Below, one piece after another: positions 9,156 to 17,904 of a stretch of DNA of 64,000 nucleotides (its first letter is position 1; each line of letters begins with the position of its first letter). Origin of the DNA: Clostridia bacterium (GTDB lineage: Bacteria; Bacillota; Clostridia; Oscillospirales; SIG627); assembly GCA_017507325.1 (NCBI GenBank), contig JAFWBD010000002.1, positions 1,570-65,569 of the forward strand, read 5' to 3'. A program made the translations under genes and the position numbers. The notes under the pieces were generated by a model. That model searched no databases. It worked only from the letters and a program-made list of their open reading frames with translations, and was not told the origin of the DNA.

Positions 9156-10393
9156 ATCGCTTTGAAAAAGCAAAAAAGATCTATGCCGATCTCGGTGTGG
9201 ACGTGGAAGAAGCTCTGGAGGCTTTGAAAAATACCTGCATTGCCGTTCACTGCTGGCAGGGTGACGACGTGGTGGGCTTTGACAGCCGCGAGAGCCTTTC
9301 GGGCGGCATTCAAACCACGGGCAATTATCCCGGAAGAGCCACCACGCCCGAGGAATTGATGGCGGATTACGACAAGGCCTTTTCTCTGATCCCCGGCAAA
9401 AAGAAGCTGAACCTTCACGCCAGCTACGCCATTTTTGAGGAGGGCGAGAAGGTGGGCAGAGACCGTTTGGAGCCCCGCCACTTCCAAAAATGGGTGGAAT
9501 TTGCCAAGGAAAGAAAGGTCGGCATCGATTTCAACCCCACCTTCTTTTCCCATCCCATGGTCAAAAACAACCTGACCCTTTCCTCCCCCGACGATACGGT
9601 GCGCCGCTATTGGATCGATCACGGAAAGGCTTGTCTGAAGATCGCGGAATATTTTGCCGACGAAACGGGCGTTCCCTGCGTGATGAATATCTGGATCCCC
9701 GACGGCTACAAGGACGTTCCCGCTGATCGACTCGGCCCCAGAAAGCGCTTCCGCGAGAGCCTGGATGAGATCCTTGCCACCCCCTACGATCCCAAAAAGG
9801 TATACGTGACCTTGGAATCCAAGGTGTTCGGCATCGGTCTGGAGAGCTACACCGTCGGCTCGGCGGAATTCTGCCTTTCCTACTCGGATCACAAAAAGAT
9901 CACCCCCTTGATGGACAACGGACATTACCACCCCACGGAAGCGGTGAGCGATAAGATCTCCTCCCTTCTGCTGTTCAACGAGAAGATCGCCCTTCACGTT
10001 ACCCGCGCCGTCCGTTGGGACAGCGACCACGTGGTGATTCTGGATGACGAGACCCGTGAGATCGCAAAGGAGATCGTGCGGAACCGCGCTTTGGATCGGG
10101 TTTTCATTGCAACGGATTACTTCGATGCCTCCATCAACCGCATTTTTGCCTGGGTAACGGGCGTTCGAAGCGTGCAAAAGGCCCTTTTGGCCGCACTCCT
10201 TCAGCCGAATGAGCGCTTGGCCGCTTTGCAGGAGGAGGGGAATTTCACCGAGGTGATGTATTGGTTTGAGGAATTGAAATTGGCTCCCTTGGGAGATATC
10301 TGGAATGAATTTCTCCGTCGGGAGGGCCTTGAAGAAAACTATTACAACGCCATCAGAAAATACGAAAAGGAAGTTTTGGAGAAACGGAAATGA
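9152..10393 (+). CDS. rhaA: L-rhamnose isomerase
   Basis: 413 aa. Start ATG 9152 follows AGGAGG and overlaps the rhaB stop (ATGA). Conserved rhamnose-isomerase blocks (HCWQGDDV, NLHA, DxGHF/Y-like MDNGHYHP). Confidence 0.9.
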   Translation: MNRFEKAKKIYADLGVDVEEALEALKNTCIAVHCWQGDDVVGFDSRESLSGGIQTTGNYPGRATTPEELMADYDKAFSLIPGKKKLNLHASYAIFEEGEKVGRDRLEPRHFQKWVEFAKERKVGIDFNPTFFSHPMVKNNLTLSSPDDTVRRYWIDHGKACLKIAEYFADETGVPCVMNIWIPDGYKDVPADRLGPRKRFRESLDEILATPYDPKKVYVTLESKVFGIGLESYTVGSAEFCLSYSDHKKITPLMDNGHYHPTEAVSDKISSLLLFNEKIALHVTRAVRWDSDHVVILDDETREIAKEIVRNRALDRVFIATDYFDASINRIFAWVTGVRSVQKALLAALLQPNERLAALQEEGNFTEVMYWFEELKLAPLGDIWNEFLRREGLEENYYNAIRKYEKEVLEKRK

Positions 10394-11205
10394 AAAACAT
10401 TTTAAATGCTCCCTTTGTGGAGGAAATGAAAAAAACCACCGCCAATATGTATCGCCTCGGCTGGGATGAGCGCAACGGCGGCAACATCAGCTATTTGTTG
10501 GATGAAAAGGAGGTTGCGGAATACCTGGATCTCGGCAAGGTTCTTCGCACCATTCCCACGGGCTTTGACGCTTCTCCTCTCATCGGCAAGATCTTTATCG
10601 TGACGGGCACGGGAAAGTATTTTAAGAACGTGGAGGATGATCCCGAAACCAACCTGGGAATCATTCGCATCACTGAGGACGGCACCACCGCCGAGCTTCT
10701 TTGGGGCTGGAAGGACGGCGGAAAATTCACCAGCGAATTGCCCGCCCATCTGATGAGCCACATTGCCCGATTGAAGGTGGAGCCCCGCAACCGCGTGATT
10801 ATGCACACCCACCCCACCTATACCCTGGCCATGAATTACGTGCACGAATTGGATGAAAAGAAATTCACCCACAGCCTTTGGGAGATGTGCACCGAATGCA
10901 TCGTGGTCTTTCCCGACGGTGTGGGCGTCCTTCCTTGGATGCTCTGCGGCACAGCCGAGATCGGCGAGGCCACCGCAAAGAAAATGGAGGAATTTCGCTT
11001 GGTGGTATGGGGAATGCACGGCATTTACGGCGCCGGCACCACCATGGACGAGACCTTCGGTCTCATTGAGACCGTTGAAAAGGCCGCGCAGATCTATATG
11101 CTCACCGCCCATCTTCCCCGCGTGAACACCATCCGCGACAGCGAAATGGTTGAGCTGGCCGAATTTTTCAAGGTCAAGTACCGCAAGGACTTTTTAAATC
11201 TCTGA
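10390..11205 (+). CDS. rhaD: rhamnulose-1-phosphate aldolase
   Basis: 271 aa class II aldolase. GWDERNGGNIS and HTHP motifs. ATGA overlap with rhaA. Confidence 0.85.
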   Translation: MKNILNAPFVEEMKKTTANMYRLGWDERNGGNISYLLDEKEVAEYLDLGKVLRTIPTGFDASPLIGKIFIVTGTGKYFKNVEDDPETNLGIIRITEDGTTAELLWGWKDGGKFTSELPAHLMSHIARLKVEPRNRVIMHTHPTYTLAMNYVHELDEKKFTHSLWEMCTECIVVFPDGVGVLPWMLCGTAEIGEATAKKMEEFRLVVWGMHGIYGAGTTMDETFGLIETVEKAAQIYMLTAHLPRVNTIRDSEMVELAEFFKVKYRKDFLNL

Positions 11206-11235
11206 TCCCCTTTGCGAATCCTCCCCCAAAAAAGT

Positions 11236-11399
11236 AATGAATTGCCCTAAATGGCATAAATTGGCTTGCGCCGTGAATGGAACTTCGTTCATGAATTGCC
11301 TTCGGCATGAAAAAAATAGCAATTCAATTCATGAAAACAAAGTTTTCAAATCATGAAGCCGTCAGGCTTCCATTCATGACGCAAAGCGTCCATTCATTA
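11236..11399 (+). repeat. cluster of about 7 copies or variants of an ATTCATGA-like octamer in the rha operon 3' UTR
   Basis: aatgaattgcc (11236), gtgaatgg (11273), gttcatgaattgcc (11287), aattcatga (11326), tcatga (11351), tccattcatgacg (11369) and tccattcattacg (11389). Confidence 0.5.
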
Positions 11400-11429
11400 C
11401 GATCCGGAGAAACTTGTCTGAAAAAGCGC

Positions 11430-11475
11430 AAAAGCACTTATGACAAACGATTGATTCGTTATCATAAGTGCTTTT
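11430..11475. terminator. bidirectional rho-independent terminator (rha operon / lipoprotein operon)
   Basis: AAAAGCACTTATGA ... TCATAAGTGCTTTT, a 14-bp perfect stem with A/T runs on both sides. Confidence 0.75.
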
Positions 11476-11525
11476 TGTTAAAACTTCGTTATCGCGCGTG
11501 CCCATTCGGCACAGCCCTTTTTAAT

Positions 11526-12053
11526 TTACTTCAAAGTTCCATCCCATTCCTCTCGCGGAATGGCATCGGGATCAATGCGGGTGACAATCTCCTGCCCGTC
11601 TTTCCCGTCCAAAAGGCCGTAGCCGTAGGCGATCATGGGGTGAATGAAGAGACCCTCCCAATAGACGTACACCGCCTTGCCCTTGGTTAGGCCGACGTAA
11701 TCGCCGATCCAAACGGTTTGTTCTTTTTTGAGGATGCGGATTTCATCCATACCGTCTCCCTTAATCTCAAAAACGGGAAGACCACTGTATTTTCCGTAAT
11801 AATCAATGGATAGATCCTCCGCCTTGAAGGTGGGGCGGAGCTTCTCTTCTTCATCCTCATATTTTCTGTACATATATTCGGTATAGGCCAATTTGATTTC
11901 CGAGGCAAGGGCGGGATCGAGCCCTTCGCTGTCATCGGGATGGGGAGGAACCCTCGTCTTGGAGGAATTGGGACTGCAGGCGATCAAAGAGCATCCGATC
12001 AAAAGAAGCGTAACCAAGCAAAGGGCAAAGCTCCGAAGCAAAACTCGTTTCAT
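11526..12053 (-). CDS. lipoprotein, unknown function (paralogue A)
   Basis: Signal peptide with lipobox LLIGC. Three tandem ATGs; the third (12053) has the best spacing to GGGGAGGG. Shares the PPHP(D/N)D...LASEIK motif with the upstream gene. Confidence 0.65.
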   Translation of the reverse strand: MKRVLLRSFALCLVTLLLIGCSLIACSPNSSKTRVPPHPDDSEGLDPALASEIKLAYTEYMYRKYEDEEEKLRPTFKAEDLSIDYYGKYSGLPVFEIKGDGMDEIRILKKEQTVWIGDYVGLTKGKAVYVYWEGLFIHPMIAYGYGLLDGKDGQEIVTRIDPDAIPREEWDGTLK

Positions 12054-12068
12054 CATCATTCCCTCCCC

Positions 12069-12566
12069 TTACGATTTCAAGGAAGCCTCATAAGCTTCCA
12101 CGGATTCATAAAACCTTGAGCCCAAAATGGGCTCCGTTGACAGAGACCTTCCGAAATCCAAAATATCCTCCTTGGTGAGCAGTCCTTGGCTATAGGCCCC
12201 TTGCAAGCTAAAGAGAATGCCCTTATCATAATATACAAAGGTGTCACGAAGATCGACAAATACCATGCCGGCAACCCGGTCCACTAAGTCAATTGCGGGA
12301 TAGTTCAGACTCGTATCCATATACACAATATAGCAGTCTCCGTATTTCCCTCGATTCCAAATGCAAAGCTCTTCGGGGTGCTCCACCGGTTGATTGAACC
12401 GCTCACGACTCTCCACGTAGCATGTTTTGATTTCGGAAGCCAGAGACTGATTGATATTTCGATCGTTAGGATGCGGGGGGATCTGCTCCGAGGGAGTGCA
12501 GGAAGATACAGCAAAAAGCAGCAACAACAGCAGTATGGCGATCCATCTTTGTTTTCTTTGTTTCAT
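12069..12566 (-). CDS. lipoprotein, unknown function (paralogue B)
   Basis: Signal peptide with lipobox VSSC. ATG 12566 lies 7 nt after AAGGAGGG. Contains PPHPNDRNINQSLASEIK. Confidence 0.65.
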   Translation of the reverse strand: MKQRKQRWIAILLLLLLFAVSSCTPSEQIPPHPNDRNINQSLASEIKTCYVESRERFNQPVEHPEELCIWNRGKYGDCYIVYMDTSLNYPAIDLVDRVAGMVFVDLRDTFVYYDKGILFSLQGAYSQGLLTKEDILDFGRSLSTEPILGSRFYESVEAYEASLKS

Positions 12567-12830
12567 CAAAATACCCTCCTTAAAAAATGATATTCGATAT
12601 CAAAAAAATCGCAAGGAGACAGAGGGGAACCTTTTCCCTTCCTTTACGAGCGATCCGAAATCGAAAATTTTTCAAAACGTGCTTTGTTTTTTTGACGCGC
12701 CGTCCGCAGGGAGCCGAATGGAAATCGGCTTCTTTTTTTCTGCAGCAGTCTTGCGCTTTCTTTTGTGGCTTTTGTACGGTAATCTTACTTTTTCCGAATC
12801 GCTACCTCGTTTTCTCTGTTCTCTAAAACC

Positions 12831-12859
12831 AATATAAACCATACTTCATATTTTGTCAA
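12831..12859 (-). promoter_or_regulatory. candidate sigma-A promoter, about 255 nt upstream of the lipoprotein pair
   Basis: Minus strand TTGACA-17 nt-TATATT. Confidence 0.45.
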
Positions 12860-12893
12860 TACTTTTTTGTTTTTTTACATTTTTGATTGAGAT

Positions 12894-12925
12894 AAAAAAG
12901 CTGACTCCGAAAAACGGAGTCAGCT
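12894..12925 (-). terminator. rho-independent terminator of the 12-kb ABC operon
   Basis: AGCTGACTCCG-loop-CGGAGTCAGCT (11-bp stem) followed by a T-run on the minus strand. Confidence 0.85.
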
Positions 12926-12957
12926 TGAAGAGTAAAGCTGTTGGGATCGCCGAGATC

Positions 12958-13986
12958 TTAACCCACGATACCGCTACGCTCGATACCCTGCACAATGTAC
13001 TTCTGGCAGAAGCAGTACATAATCACCAAAGGAAGGATGATCATCAGTGCTGCCGTGTTCACGATGGCCGAGGAGTACACCGATGCAGCCTCGAAGCCGG
13101 TGGCACCCAAGGATGCAGGCACCGTTACGATGTTGGGCATCAGGTAAGTGGAGGTTCTGGTGAAGAACACCGTGGTGTAGAAGTCATCGGTCCACTGCCA
13201 AGAGAAGGCGAAGATGAAGATGGTGATCAGCATAGGAACGGAAAGCGGAACAATGATTCGAATGAAGGTCTTGAACACGCCGGAGCCGTCCACGTAAGCT
13301 GCTTCTTCCAATTCATCGGGCACGCCGCGGAAGAACTGTCTCATAATGAAGATATACAAGCCGTTCTTGAAGGCGAGGCCGCCAAAGGAGAGCAGGGCCA
13401 AGGGCCAATAGGTGTTGATCAGGTTCAAGGAATCGCCGGTGATCATATCGATCAAACCGAAGAAATCGAAGTAACGGAACTTCTGGAACAGTGCCAAGCG
13501 CAGTGCCTGGTGAGGAACTACCATGGTAAAGATCACGCAGAAGAACAGGATCGTGTTACCCTTGAACTTGAACTTTGCAAAGCCGTATCCGACACACATG
13601 GTGATCACCATCTGCACCACAGCACAGAGGAGCGAGATGACCAGGGTGTTCCAGAAGGCTTCGAAATAGCGGTTTTCCGTAATAATCGCCAGATAAGTAT
13701 CCAAGGTGGGATACTTGGGGATCAATTTTACCGTAACGTCAAGGAAGTCCTCCTTACTCATAAAGGAACCGGCAACCTTTGCGATGAACGGATACAGAAT
13801 TACGTAGGAGATACCGATCAAAAGGACATAGCGGAAAAGGGCCCAAACAACGTTCTTCAAGAAATACAAGGAGAGGTATTTGGTTTTTACTCTTTCCCAA
13901 AACGGGGTGCGATCTTCAAATTCAACGTCGAATTCCTTCTTTTTGCCGAATCTGATTTTCTTTTCGGGTTTTACGTCAGCGTTCAT
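12958..13986 (-). CDS. carbohydrate ABC transporter permease (MalG-like), second pair
   Basis: 342 aa, multi-TM. EAA loop: MRQFFRGVPDELEEAAYVDGSG. Confidence 0.85.
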   Translation of the reverse strand: MNADVKPEKKIRFGKKKEFDVEFEDRTPFWERVKTKYLSLYFLKNVVWALFRYVLLIGISYVILYPFIAKVAGSFMSKEDFLDVTVKLIPKYPTLDTYLAIITENRYFEAFWNTLVISLLCAVVQMVITMCVGYGFAKFKFKGNTILFFCVIFTMVVPHQALRLALFQKFRYFDFFGLIDMITGDSLNLINTYWPLALLSFGGLAFKNGLYIFIMRQFFRGVPDELEEAAYVDGSGVFKTFIRIIVPLSVPMLITIFIFAFSWQWTDDFYTTVFFTRTSTYLMPNIVTVPASLGATGFEAASVYSSAIVNTAALMIILPLVIMYCFCQKYIVQGIERSGIVG

Positions 13987-14003
13987 TCTATTGTCCTCCT
14001 TTC

Positions 14004-15020
14004 TCAGTCTCTTCTCTGATAGAATACGTAGGTTGACATCAATGCGGCCACACCGCCGATGAGAAGCAATACGATGCTGAAGTAGATCCAGTACATGGCC
14101 GTTGCCAAAACGTTGGAATTCTGCACGGTAGAGCTTTCATACACGTTGGCGATGTAGTTCATAACCTGGTTGGAACCTGCGGTGAAGGAGTCGATGACTG
14201 TGTAAATGGCATTTACCAGAATCATCGGGCTGATCATCGGGAAGGTGATCTTCCAGAAGGTTTCCCAAGCGGTTGCACCGTCGATGGTACAGGACTCGTA
14301 AATTGCGGGGGAGATGGACTGCAAGCCGGAAAGGAAGATCAGCATCTGTACACCGGAACGGTTAACCAGATTGTACACGTCGTTTACAATGCCGACAACG
14401 TAGTCCACAAGGCCGGTACCGATCTTCATGGTTGCGAACAGACCCTGAAGGTCAACAGCGGAAATGATGCCGTTTGCGGCGCCGTTGCTGACCGATTCAC
14501 CGGGGCCGCCGCCGCCATCGGCTTCGCTCATACCGCCCTCGGAATACTCGTTGAAGCGGTTGTTCATATCAATGTCGTCGATCAGACCGGTGGAGAGAAT
14601 AACGGGGATAAACAGGATTGCACGGAACAGGGTACGTCCCACCATTTTCTGGTTCAGAAGAACTGCCATAAACAGAGAGAACACAACAATGGCGGGTACC
14701 TCGAGCACCAGCTGCTGAACACCGCTTGTCAGAGTGGAAACGAATGCGGGGTCTACAAAGAGCGCGTCACTGTAGTTTTCCCAGCCCACGTAGTCAAGGG
14801 TGAAGCCACCGCTGGAGAGCGGGTAGATGGTGTGGAAGGAATACGTAATGGAATCAATGATGATCGGTACGTAGATCAAGAAGAAGATCAGAACGAAGGG
14901 GGCCACAAAGAACCAACCGGATCTGGCTTTCATACGGTCCAGAGACTTTGCTTTGCGCTTTTTCTGCTTCACAGGCTTGGTCATCGGTGCCTTTTCTTTG
15001 GTTTTTACTGCACTGTTCAT
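14004..15020 (-). CDS. sugar ABC transporter permease (MalF-like), second pair
   Basis: 338 aa. EAA loop: LSGLQSISPAIYESCTIDGAT. Carries a Gly/Ser-rich extracytoplasmic insert. Confidence 0.85.
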   Translation of the reverse strand: MNSAVKTKEKAPMTKPVKQKKRKAKSLDRMKARSGWFFVAPFVLIFFLIYVPIIIDSITYSFHTIYPLSSGGFTLDYVGWENYSDALFVDPAFVSTLTSGVQQLVLEVPAIVVFSLFMAVLLNQKMVGRTLFRAILFIPVILSTGLIDDIDMNNRFNEYSEGGMSEADGGGGPGESVSNGAANGIISAVDLQGLFATMKIGTGLVDYVVGIVNDVYNLVNRSGVQMLIFLSGLQSISPAIYESCTIDGATAWETFWKITFPMISPMILVNAIYTVIDSFTAGSNQVMNYIANVYESSTVQNSNVLATAMYWIYFSIVLLLIGGVAALMSTYVFYQRRD

Positions 15021-15039
15021 TTTTTCACCTCTCCCTTCC

Positions 15040-17889
15040 TTATGCCTTTACCACAGCGAAGTCCATTGCGGCAATGTCGCGGCCTTCGGCTTGGACGGCA
15101 AAATTGTTGTAGTTGAGGTAGATCTGTGTTCCATCCTCGTAGGTTACCTTAACGACTCGGTTGCCTAAAATGTCATGGCCGGTGATGCAGAGATTCTGCA
15201 AGGGGGTAAGCACCTCGTTGAGCTTGTTGTACTCTTCGATGATGCTTTCCTTCCAAGTTGCGTACTCAACGGCGTAGTATTCGCTGTAGCCGTTGGTCTT
15301 CAACTCGGAAATGTTATCGTAAGCCAATACAAAGTAGGGGTTTGCACCGTTTTCAATGGTCTTCAAAAGGTTATATTCGTAGTCACCGGCCAGGTTGATG
15401 GCTTCACCGGTGTACTTCATATAGCCGTGGAGAACGATTCCGATGAAGGGAACCTCGTAGGTTGCGGTGATACGGTTGGAGCTATCCAGCGGAATGTTGA
15501 GAATGGTGTCCACGTACTTCCAGGTGTAGTAGTTGCCGTTCTCAATGAGAACGTTGTCGAAATCCTCGGCAATCTTTGCCAAAGCATCGACGGTGTACTT
15601 CTTGGAATCCTCACGGTTCATGGGAAGTTTCTCATCCTGGCTGGAGTTCAGTGCGGAGCCGAGAGATCCGACGGAAATGCTCTTTTCACCCTCACCGAAG
15701 AAGGAAGCATACTTTGCGGAAATCCTCTCATAGAAGTTGGAGATGGATCCGGAGGAGATAACAAAGGCAACCTTGGTGTTGAAGGCCTGCACAATGGGGT
15801 TATAGGTCTGATAGTAAGCGGGTCTTCCGTCAATGGTCTTCGCGGTGTCGCGCTCGGAATCAAATCCGTCGAACATATCGGTTGCATTGACGTAAGAGAA
15901 GTTCAGATCCATAAAGATGTCATTGTTCTGGCTCTGCACGTAAGCTACCAGATCCTTCAGACCCTTTTCGCCGCCCAAAACCTTTTCTACCTTCAGCTTG
16001 GAGGGAGCCGTAGCGGTCATACCGCCGTTGGCCCAGCCAAGATAACGGATCACCTGGTTGGAAATACCGGCCTCCTTGAGCTCGGCCATAATGGTCTGCG
16101 CATCCTCAAAGGTGGTAAGGGGAGCCTTGGTGTTCACCGGCATTCCGAGGAACTTGGTAACGGTGTCGATGTCGCCGATAAAGTCCATATACAGGGCAAT
16201 GGCTTCCTCGGTGGTAGGATTCTTGGTAAGAATGCCTTCCTTCAAGAGGTATGCGCGGTAGGCCTCAGCCATACCCACGTAATCGGCCTGATCGCCGCTG
16301 AGCATACGGAACTGAATGGTGTAATTGCCAACGTACTTTCTCTCGATGGCCTTGGTATAAACGGCGGTGCCGCCGGAAACGGTAATACCGTCCAAGGGAT
16401 AAGAGTCGGTCTGACGGGCAAAGAACGTGGTGCATACGGAATGGTATTCATGAGTGGGACCACCGGTGACCGCGTCGATACGGGTCAAGCTTTCACCCTC
16501 GGTCATAAAGGCAACGTAGCCCTGCTTGTAGGTGCTGGTGATGGTCTGGTCATAAACGGTTGCGCCGGTTTCATCCAGGACGGGGAGACCGTTTTCATCT
16601 CTCTTCTCGGTGGCGCGAATGACGTTGGAGGTCATCACGGTGCCGTATGCGGGAACACGCCAAGTCTGATAGCTGGCGCTGGCAGCGTTGGAGCTGTTGT
16701 AGAAGCCGAAGTCGCCGCCGTACATGGTGCCGGAGATCTGGGTCTGTCTGGTATTCTGATCAAAGGAGATGGTAGCGCCGCTTCCGTCGGGAATGAAGTT
16801 GTAGCCTTCATCGTCACGAACGGTGTTGGCCTGCTTTGCGGTTCTGCCTGCACCCATAAAGGGGAGAATCTGAATGGTCTCAAGGGTGTAGGTTGCGGCG
16901 TCAAAGCTGATACCACGGGCGGGAAGACGAACCTGGAAGCCATCCTCATTCAGGGTGTATTCCAAAGCCATCTTAAACACAGCGGGAGAGGAATCCTCCA
17001 GCTCGTAGCCGACCTTATCGTGGTCCATCAACATATCCTCCAAGGAATAGGAGGTATTGTTACGGATGTAGCCTTCGCACTGAGAAAGCTCGTTGGTGGC
17101 AATGGTCTCCTCCAAAAGGTAGATGGGCATCTTTTCCGTAATGGGGTAGGCTGCCAGATACTGAGCCTTTTCACGGGCGGTCAGGGTGGGATCGGTCAGG
17201 TCAAGAAGCGAATAGAAGGAGTTCAATCTTTGATATTCGAACATGGTGTACTTTGCTTCGAGAGCCTTTTTCTCTTCCGCATCGGCTGCGATGTACAATT
17301 CGTTGTATTCCTCGAAGGTGGTTCCGGGAACCAAGGTGGTCGATTCGAAGAAGGGCTTCAAAATTTTGGTTTCGAAGTCGCTCTTTTCGATCTGACGGGG
17401 AACGATAATCTTCTTGGAAGCGGCACCGATGGTGTACTCCACGCGGATACCGTTACGGATCAGCTTGATCACGATCTGCTCTTCCTTGGCAGCATTGAGA
17501 TAGCTGTTCAAGGAGGTGAGCTGGCCGGTGCTGCCGTAGTAGGTCAGTTTGATCTGGCTGAGGATTTCGTTTTTGATACCGACAGATGCCTTGGAATCAG
17601 CCACATCATAGGGGTTGGTGAAAAGCATTTGTCCGGTGACTCTGTCAACCACACAAACCTCTGCGGTATATTCCTGAATGTAGAGGCTGAAGCGGTCGTT
17701 TTCTACCGCACAGGTCATGGTATTCAGCTTTGCTGCGGGGTCGGAATACGTTAGCGTTGTAAAATCTACCTCTCGAAATTCATTGAACCGATTTCCAAGA
17801 GGAGTGGTTACTGCGGCAGAAAACAGGGAGAGAACCGTGGTGCATGCCATCACAAGGGTCAAAGCAAAAGCAATAATTCTTTTTTTCAC
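15040..17889 (-). CDS. large secreted/lipid-anchored protein, DUF5696-like (putative glycan-processing), function unknown
   Basis: 949 aa. GTG start 7 nt after GGAGG. N-terminal signal peptide (LTLVMAC). Family name is from memory of similar Clostridia loci, not verified. Confidence 0.7.
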   Translation of the reverse strand: MKKRIIAFALTLVMACTTVLSLFSAAVTTPLGNRFNEFREVDFTTLTYSDPAAKLNTMTCAVENDRFSLYIQEYTAEVCVVDRVTGQMLFTNPYDVADSKASVGIKNEILSQIKLTYYGSTGQLTSLNSYLNAAKEEQIVIKLIRNGIRVEYTIGAASKKIIVPRQIEKSDFETKILKPFFESTTLVPGTTFEEYNELYIAADAEEKKALEAKYTMFEYQRLNSFYSLLDLTDPTLTAREKAQYLAAYPITEKMPIYLLEETIATNELSQCEGYIRNNTSYSLEDMLMDHDKVGYELEDSSPAVFKMALEYTLNEDGFQVRLPARGISFDAATYTLETIQILPFMGAGRTAKQANTVRDDEGYNFIPDGSGATISFDQNTRQTQISGTMYGGDFGFYNSSNAASASYQTWRVPAYGTVMTSNVIRATEKRDENGLPVLDETGATVYDQTITSTYKQGYVAFMTEGESLTRIDAVTGGPTHEYHSVCTTFFARQTDSYPLDGITVSGGTAVYTKAIERKYVGNYTIQFRMLSGDQADYVGMAEAYRAYLLKEGILTKNPTTEEAIALYMDFIGDIDTVTKFLGMPVNTKAPLTTFEDAQTIMAELKEAGISNQVIRYLGWANGGMTATAPSKLKVEKVLGGEKGLKDLVAYVQSQNNDIFMDLNFSYVNATDMFDGFDSERDTAKTIDGRPAYYQTYNPIVQAFNTKVAFVISSGSISNFYERISAKYASFFGEGEKSISVGSLGSALNSSQDEKLPMNREDSKKYTVDALAKIAEDFDNVLIENGNYYTWKYVDTILNIPLDSSNRITATYEVPFIGIVLHGYMKYTGEAINLAGDYEYNLLKTIENGANPYFVLAYDNISELKTNGYSEYYAVEYATWKESIIEEYNKLNEVLTPLQNLCITGHDILGNRVVKVTYEDGTQIYLNYNNFAVQAEGRDIAAMDFAVVKA

Positions 17890-17904
17890 GCTGATTCCTC
17901 CTTT

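Noticed and set aside
11307-11690. 127-aa ORF in the rhaD-lipoprotein intergenic region
   Set aside because: It runs through a 14-bp-stem bidirectional terminator and into the antisense of the lipoprotein gene, and it has no RBS. The region is better described as a repeat-rich 3' UTR.
15175-17754. 859-aa ORF on the plus strand
   Set aside because: It is exactly codon-register antisense to the well-supported 949-aa gene at 15040..17889. It stays open because TTA, CTA and TCA codons are avoided in the sense gene. The translation is low-complexity and G/V/L/H-rich, with no RBS and no recognisable motif.
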